Both the position numbers and the translations under genes were made by a program. The notes under the pieces were generated by a model, which had not been told where the DNA came from, ran no database searches, and was given only the letters and a program-made list of their open reading frames with translations. Of a stretch of 64,000 bases of DNA, positions 57,211 through 64,000 are shown piece after piece. Every line of letters begins with the position of its first letter. Position 1 is the first letter of the stretch. This DNA comes from an uncultured Planctomycetaceae bacterium (GTDB lineage Bacteria > Planctomycetota > Phycisphaerae > UBA1845 > UTPLA1): the NCBI GenBank assembly GCA_964408455.1, contig CAYOZN010000023.1, positions 34,471 to 98,470 on the forward strand, in the 5' to 3' direction.

Positions 57211-57613
57211 GAAGAACTCCCTACCCTAAGTTGGACTTGAAGCGGGCAGGCGGCTCGCCAGACCTGCCCGGCAGGGGTCATTTTATCGTTATTGGCCGCG
57301 CCGACCAAGCACGATCGCATAGGGCTTTTTCGGAGTGGGTGCTCCAGAATCCGCTAACCACGTCGTTCGCGGGCCGCACGAGGCCCGCCCTGACCGCTTA
57401 CTGGCGAGCATGGCCCGGTTATGGTTACATACGTGTTTTTACGCGGCGTGGCACCTGGCCGCCCTGCCACGTCGCGGCGCGAGCGCCCTCGGGAATTCCG
57501 ACTGCCCAGTCCGATTTGTCGCCACCCACGGCGACGCCCCGATTACGACTCGCGTGAATTGCGTTGAGGCGGCCTTGCAAGGGTGCCTTCGCGAAAAGGA
57601 GACGAGGCAACCG

Positions 57614-59812
<2,199 letters not shown>

Positions 59813-59850
59813 ATGCTGGCGCAGAAGATTTTAAGATTTGAGATCTGGTG

Positions 59851-59886
59851 ATCTGGTGATTCAACTCGCCAGATCACCAGTCTCGA
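59851..59886 (+). other. perfect 12-bp inverted repeat with 12-nt loop (CTGGTGATCTGG-tgattcaactcg-CCAGATCACCAG) after glnN
   Basis: Direct reading. Lies in an AT-richer stretch, with no T-run following. Confidence 0.6.
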
Positions 59887-59932
59887 ATACGCGAAACGCC
59901 ATATTTCAGACCACCACATCCCAAATCGACCA

Positions 59933-60895
59933 ATGCTCGTCCGGTGTCCCAACAATCCCATCCTCACGCGCCGGGACATCCCCGCGATCGCGCCGCACGT
60001 CACCGACGTGACATCCGTCTTCAATCCCGGCGCGATCAAATGGAACGGGCGTTACTTCCTGCTGCTGCGCGTGCAGACGCGAGGTCGGGAGACGGTGCTG
60101 ATCGTCGCCGAGGGCGAGGACGGCGAACGGTTCCGCGTTCGGCCGGAACTGGTGACGATCGAAGGGCTCGAATCGGCCGGCGGGCGCATCTACCACGTCT
60201 ACGATCCGCGCCTGACGCAAATCGGTGATGCCGTATATGCGGTCTTTGCGGCCGACACGGATAATGGCTGCCGGCTCGGCATTGCCCGTTCGGTCGACAT
60301 GCGACGCTTCGAGCTGGTGGCCTTCGGCGGCGATGACGACGTGCGCAACGGCGTCCTGTTCCCGGAGAAGATCGGCGGACGCTATCTGCGGCTGGAGCGG
60401 CCCAACAAGGTTTCCGTGCCCGGCGGCGTGACGAGCGGCTCGGCGATCGTGCTGGCGGAATCGGATGATCTTGTCGATTGGCGGACGGTCGGCCAAGTGA
60501 TGCAGGGACGGTGGCACTACTGGGATGAGCTGATCGGCAGCGGGCCGCCGCCGGTGAAGACGCGCGAGGGCTGGCTGCACGTCTATCACGGCGTGGCCAC
60601 GCACTTCGCAAGCTCGAACATCTACCAGGCCGGCGTCGTGCTGCTCGATCTCGCCGACCCGTCGCGTGTCGTCGCCCGCTGCCGCAATAACATCCTCGAA
60701 CCCCGGGAGATGTACGAACTAGTCGGGCAGGTGCCGAATGTCGTCTTCCCGAGCGGGATGATCGTGGAAAATCCTGACGAGGATGGCTTCGCCCTGCCGG
60801 AGAGCCTCGTGCGCATCTATTACGGCGCGGCCGACACGAGCGTAGGCATGGCGACGACGACCATTGCAGAATTGTTGAAAGCCTGTCGCGAATAA
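59933..60895 (+). CDS. glycoside hydrolase family 130 (DUF377) beta-mannoside phosphorylase/hydrolase-like
   Basis: N-terminus NNPILTRRDIP...TSVFNPGAIKWNGRYFLLLRV and later FPEKIGGRYLRLERP, typical of GH130. Confidence 0.7.
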   Translation: MLVRCPNNPILTRRDIPAIAPHVTDVTSVFNPGAIKWNGRYFLLLRVQTRGRETVLIVAEGEDGERFRVRPELVTIEGLESAGGRIYHVYDPRLTQIGDAVYAVFAADTDNGCRLGIARSVDMRRFELVAFGGDDDVRNGVLFPEKIGGRYLRLERPNKVSVPGGVTSGSAIVLAESDDLVDWRTVGQVMQGRWHYWDELIGSGPPPVKTREGWLHVYHGVATHFASSNIYQAGVVLLDLADPSRVVARCRNNILEPREMYELVGQVPNVVFPSGMIVENPDEDGFALPESLVRIYYGAADTSVGMATTTIAELLKACRE

Positions 60896-60959
60896 TCGAC
60901 GCCCCTTTACAATGCCGCTCGCGTGTCGCACGTCCATGGACCAGACTACGGAGGATGGT

Positions 60960-61805
60960 ATGCGCCGACTGATGGGTCCGCTGCTGCTGATGTTGTGTCT
61001 GTCCGGCCTGGTGGGCTGCGCCCGTCAACGGCCGCATGCCTCGTGGGAGGGCTCGGGCGTGCCGGACGAACGCCTGCCGCGACGATACGAGTGTCATCGC
61101 CCGGATTCGCCGCCGATCATCGACGGCCGGCTCGACGACGCGGCGTGGGAGCATGCCATGTGGTCGGGAGAATTCATCGACATCGAGGGAATCTCCAGGC
61201 CACGGCCGCGGCACTCGACGCACATGAAGATGGTCTGGGACGACGAGTACCTGTACATCGGTGCCGAACTGGACGAGCCGCACGTGTGGGGCACGCTGAC
61301 GCAGCGGGATGCGATTGTCTTTTACGACAACGACTTCGAGGTGTTCATCGATCCGGATGGCGATTCCCGCGAGTATTACGAGCTGGAATTCAACGCGCTC
61401 AATACGGTGTTTGATCTGTTTTTGGTGCGGACGTATATCGACGGCGGGCCGGCCCTGCACGACTGGGACATGCGCGGGCTTCGGTCGGCGGTGTGGGTGA
61501 ACGGCACGCTGAACGACGCGAGCGACACGGACGAAGGCTGGTCGATCGAGCTGGCGCTGCCGTGGCGCTCGCTGGCCGAGGCCGCCGGGCGTGACGCGCC
61601 GCCGACGCCGGGCGACGTGTGGCGGATGAACTTCTCGCGCGTCGAGTGGCAGCACCGCATTGTCGGCGGCCGATATGAGAAGGTGCCGGACACGCGGGAA
61701 GATAACTGGGTCTGGTCGCCGCAGGGGCTGATCAATATGCACGTGCCGCAGCACTGGGGGTATGTGCGGTTTATTGGGCGGGAAGGGAAAAGGGGTAAGG
61801 GATAA
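60960..61805 (+). CDS. lipoprotein with carbohydrate-binding family 9-like (DOMON-like, PF06452-type) domain
   Basis: GGAGG SD-like motif plus ATG 60960. Lipobox LSGLVGCA. IIDGRLDDAAWEHAMWSGEFIDIEG...KMVWDDEYLYIGAEL matches the CBM9-like pattern. Confidence 0.6.
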   Translation: MRRLMGPLLLMLCLSGLVGCARQRPHASWEGSGVPDERLPRRYECHRPDSPPIIDGRLDDAAWEHAMWSGEFIDIEGISRPRPRHSTHMKMVWDDEYLYIGAELDEPHVWGTLTQRDAIVFYDNDFEVFIDPDGDSREYYELEFNALNTVFDLFLVRTYIDGGPALHDWDMRGLRSAVWVNGTLNDASDTDEGWSIELALPWRSLAEAAGRDAPPTPGDVWRMNFSRVEWQHRIVGGRYEKVPDTREDNWVWSPQGLINMHVPQHWGYVRFIGREGKRGKG

Positions 61806-61865
61806 GGGGCAAGGGTCCAAGCAGCGTGGATTTTTCGCAGCCTTCCATTCCCGTTCCCGTGCCCC

Positions 61866-63908
61866 TTGTCCCTTAATCCTTGCCCCTTTTCCTCGGCTTC
61901 CCCGATGCATTCGATTGACTGGGCCATCGTTGCGGCACTGATCGTGATGGTTGCTGCCGGCGCGGCGGCGACGCGGCGGCACGCCAATACCGTGTCGGCC
62001 TTTCTGGCGGCCGAGCGCTGCGGCGGGCGGTACCTGATCGCCGTCGCCGACAACATGTCGCGGCTGGGCGTCATCACGCTCGTCTGGTACTTCGAGCAGA
62101 ACTACGAGATCGGCTTCACCGGCATCTGGTGGACGCTGATGGAAGAGCCGGCGCTGATCGTGATGGCCCTGTCGGGCTGGGTCATCTACCGCTTCCGCCA
62201 GACGCGGGCGCTGACGCTGGCGGAATTCTTCGAGCGCCGCTACAGCCGCCGTTTTCGCGTGTTTGCCGGGCTGGTGGCATTCGTCGCCGGCATCATCAAC
62301 TTCGGAATCTTTCCCTCCATCGGCGCGCGATTCTTCATCGCGCTCTGGGATTTGCCGCCCGAAATCACGCTCGGCGCAATTCGCGTGCCGAGCTACGAGG
62401 CGATGATGTTCCTGCTGCTGGCCGGCCCGCTGGCGCTCGTTTTCGTCGGCGGGCAGATCTCGGTCATGGTGACCGACTTTCTCCAGGGGGTATCGACCAA
62501 CCTGTCCTTCATCGTGCTGATTCTCTTTCTGCTGATCACTTTCAGTTGGGAGAGCATCGGCGACGTGCTGCTCGCGGCGCCGGCGGGCCAATCGCTGGTG
62601 CATCCCTTCGACATGAGAGAAGAGGAGAACTTCAACTTTCTGTACTTCGTCATCACGGTGGTGACGCTGTTTTACGGTGCGCGGGCGTGGCTGGGCACCC
62701 AGGGCTACAACAGCTCGGCGATCAACGCCCACGAGGCGCAGATGTCATTCATCCTCGGGCAGTGGCGCTTCCGGGTGCAGATGTTGATCGTGGTGATTCT
62801 GCCGATCTGCATCCGCACGTTTCTGTCGCACCAGGACTATGCCAACGCGGCGGCACCGGTGCACGAGGCGCTCGCCGGCATCGAAAATCCGGCGCTTCGC
62901 AACCAGCTGCGCTCGCCGCTGGCGATGCGGGCCATCTTCCCGGCGGGCTGGCTGGGGCTCGCCAGCGTGCCGATGCTCGGGGCGTTGATCGCCACGCACG
63001 GGACGTACATGCACTCGTGGGGGGCGATTCTGGTGCAGGATGTGATCCTCCCGTTCAGGCGAAGGCCTTTGTCGCCGCCGGCCCATCTGCGCTATCTGAA
63101 GCTGGGCATGCTGGCGACGGCCGTGTTTGCGTTCTTCTTCAGCGCGTATTTCGAGCATCGCCAGTTCATCGCGATGTTTCTGCAACTGACCGGCGCCGTA
63201 TTCGTCGGCGGCGCGGGCTCGTGCATCATCGGCGGGCTGTACTGGCGGCGCGGCACGACGCAGGCGGCGTGGGCGGCGATGCTGACGGGCATGGTCCTGT
63301 CGATCGGCGGCATCCTCATCGAGCAGATCGCGCCGGAGACGCTGGCGGCCTGGAAGCAGGGCTGGCTGGGCCCTGTCGGCCATGCGACGGCATACTTGCA
63401 GGACACCTTTACCGGACAGGAGTTCAACCTGATCGCGATGGCGAGTGCGGCGCTGACGTACGTCGCGGTGTCGCTGCTGGGTCCGCGGCGGGTGTTCAAT
63501 CTCGACCGGCTGCTGCACCGCGGGGCATATGCGATGGCGGGAGAGACGGCGACGTCCATCCGCGAGGCACGCACCTTCTGGGAGAAGATGGGCCTCTCGC
63601 GAGACTTCACCGGGCGCGACCGCATCGTGACGTACATCACGCTGTCGTGGCCGCTGGCGTGGACGATCATTTTTGTCGCAGTGACGTCGTACAACCTGGC
63701 GGTGCCGGTGGCGGCGGAGTCGTGGCTGGCGTACTGGCGGGCGTGGACGTGGTTCATCCTGGGGGCGGGGACGATTGTGACGATCTGGCTGACGATCGGC
63801 GGCACGATGGACTTGCGGAAGCTGTTCCGGCTGCTGCGGACGCGGGTGGCGGACGCACGGGACGACGGGCGGGTGGAGCATGAGAACGGCGACGTGCCGG
63901 TTGGTTGA
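61866..63908 (+). CDS. sodium:solute symporter (SSS) family transporter
   Basis: About 13-14 TM helices and SSS-like conserved segments. 680 aa. Confidence 0.75.
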   Translation: MSLNPCPFSSASPMHSIDWAIVAALIVMVAAGAAATRRHANTVSAFLAAERCGGRYLIAVADNMSRLGVITLVWYFEQNYEIGFTGIWWTLMEEPALIVMALSGWVIYRFRQTRALTLAEFFERRYSRRFRVFAGLVAFVAGIINFGIFPSIGARFFIALWDLPPEITLGAIRVPSYEAMMFLLLAGPLALVFVGGQISVMVTDFLQGVSTNLSFIVLILFLLITFSWESIGDVLLAAPAGQSLVHPFDMREEENFNFLYFVITVVTLFYGARAWLGTQGYNSSAINAHEAQMSFILGQWRFRVQMLIVVILPICIRTFLSHQDYANAAAPVHEALAGIENPALRNQLRSPLAMRAIFPAGWLGLASVPMLGALIATHGTYMHSWGAILVQDVILPFRRRPLSPPAHLRYLKLGMLATAVFAFFFSAYFEHRQFIAMFLQLTGAVFVGGAGSCIIGGLYWRRGTTQAAWAAMLTGMVLSIGGILIEQIAPETLAAWKQGWLGPVGHATAYLQDTFTGQEFNLIAMASAALTYVAVSLLGPRRVFNLDRLLHRGAYAMAGETATSIREARTFWEKMGLSRDFTGRDRIVTYITLSWPLAWTIIFVAVTSYNLAVPVAAESWLAYWRAWTWFILGAGTIVTIWLTIGGTMDLRKLFRLLRTRVADARDDGRVEHENGDVPVG

Positions 63909-64000
63909 CCGGCAATCGGGGGCGAATTCGAATTTTTGAAGTTTTTTTGAATTTTTCACGCGGCACTATCCGTCACAGCCCGTCACAGGGTCGCCCGGAC

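Noticed and set aside
60036-62732. 898-aa minus-strand ORF and many other long antisense ORFs (e.g. 15600-18314 +, 8037-9398 -, 6701-8602 +, 28802-30220 +, 36123-37415 -, 57425-59671 -, 22156-23154 -)
   Set aside because: These are typical high-GC shadow ORFs: Arg/Pro/Ala/Gly-rich low-complexity translations with no motifs, each fully overlapping a gene on the other strand or frame that has clear family signatures (SSS transporter, YidC, GldG, GSIII, etc.).
63909-64000. AT-rich direct repeats (GAATTTTTGAAGTTTTTTTGAATTTTTCAC) at the window end, as a possible terminator or mobile-element end
   Set aside because: The window is truncated here. No flanking hairpin is visible and there is too little sequence to interpret. 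It is probably a U-rich 3' region after the SSS transporter gene.

Overview
This is a high-GC (roughly 65-70%) chromosomal segment. Its gene content points to Planctomycetota, probably Pirellulales: a GldA/GldF/GldG/DUF4340 ABC operon, a NapC/NirT-like multiheme cytochrome next to an NHL-multiheme fusion, many lipoproteins and secreted Cys-rich proteins with dockerin-like Ca-binding motifs, a type III glutamine synthetase, and YidC with a long basic tail. I can support about 45 protein-coding genes and two tRNA genes: tRNA-Leu(CAA), and an unusual tRNA-Val(GAC)-like gene that carries a compensatory A19-U56 pair and is followed by an orphan tRNA 3' fragment. Housekeeping genes include folC, yidC, kdsA, pfkA, glnN (GSIII), a CPD photolyase and a Trm112/YcaR-like protein. 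A carbohydrate theme appears at both ends of the window, with a GH31 alpha-glucosidase at the start and GH130, a CBM9-like lipoprotein and an SSS symporter at the end. I found no CRISPR array, rRNA, transposase or integrase. The most unusual features are: (1) two arrays of the same palindromic hairpin repeat (core CACTGCTT[G/C]AAGCAGTG flanked by GCACAC), in opposite orientation and about 28 kb apart, with 33-bp and 42-bp periods; (2) a divergent pair of large multiheme c-type cytochromes (about 11 and about 20 CxxCH sites) followed by a lipoprotein with PPGHPP repeats; (3) two paralogous secreted proteins built from PPC-like beta-sandwich domains interleaved with a 6-Cys module that I do not recognise, each with one dockerin-like motif; (4) an acetyl-CoA hydrolase/transferase fused to a GNAT acetyltransferase; (5) an HExxH metallopeptidase-like gene in a low-GC patch that overlaps an S9 peptidase. 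Gene starts were refined by eye from start codons and Shine-Dalgarno-like motifs. The ORF track uses non-ATG starts, so several listed ORFs are N-terminally over-extended. All functional calls come from motif recognition and not from database searches.
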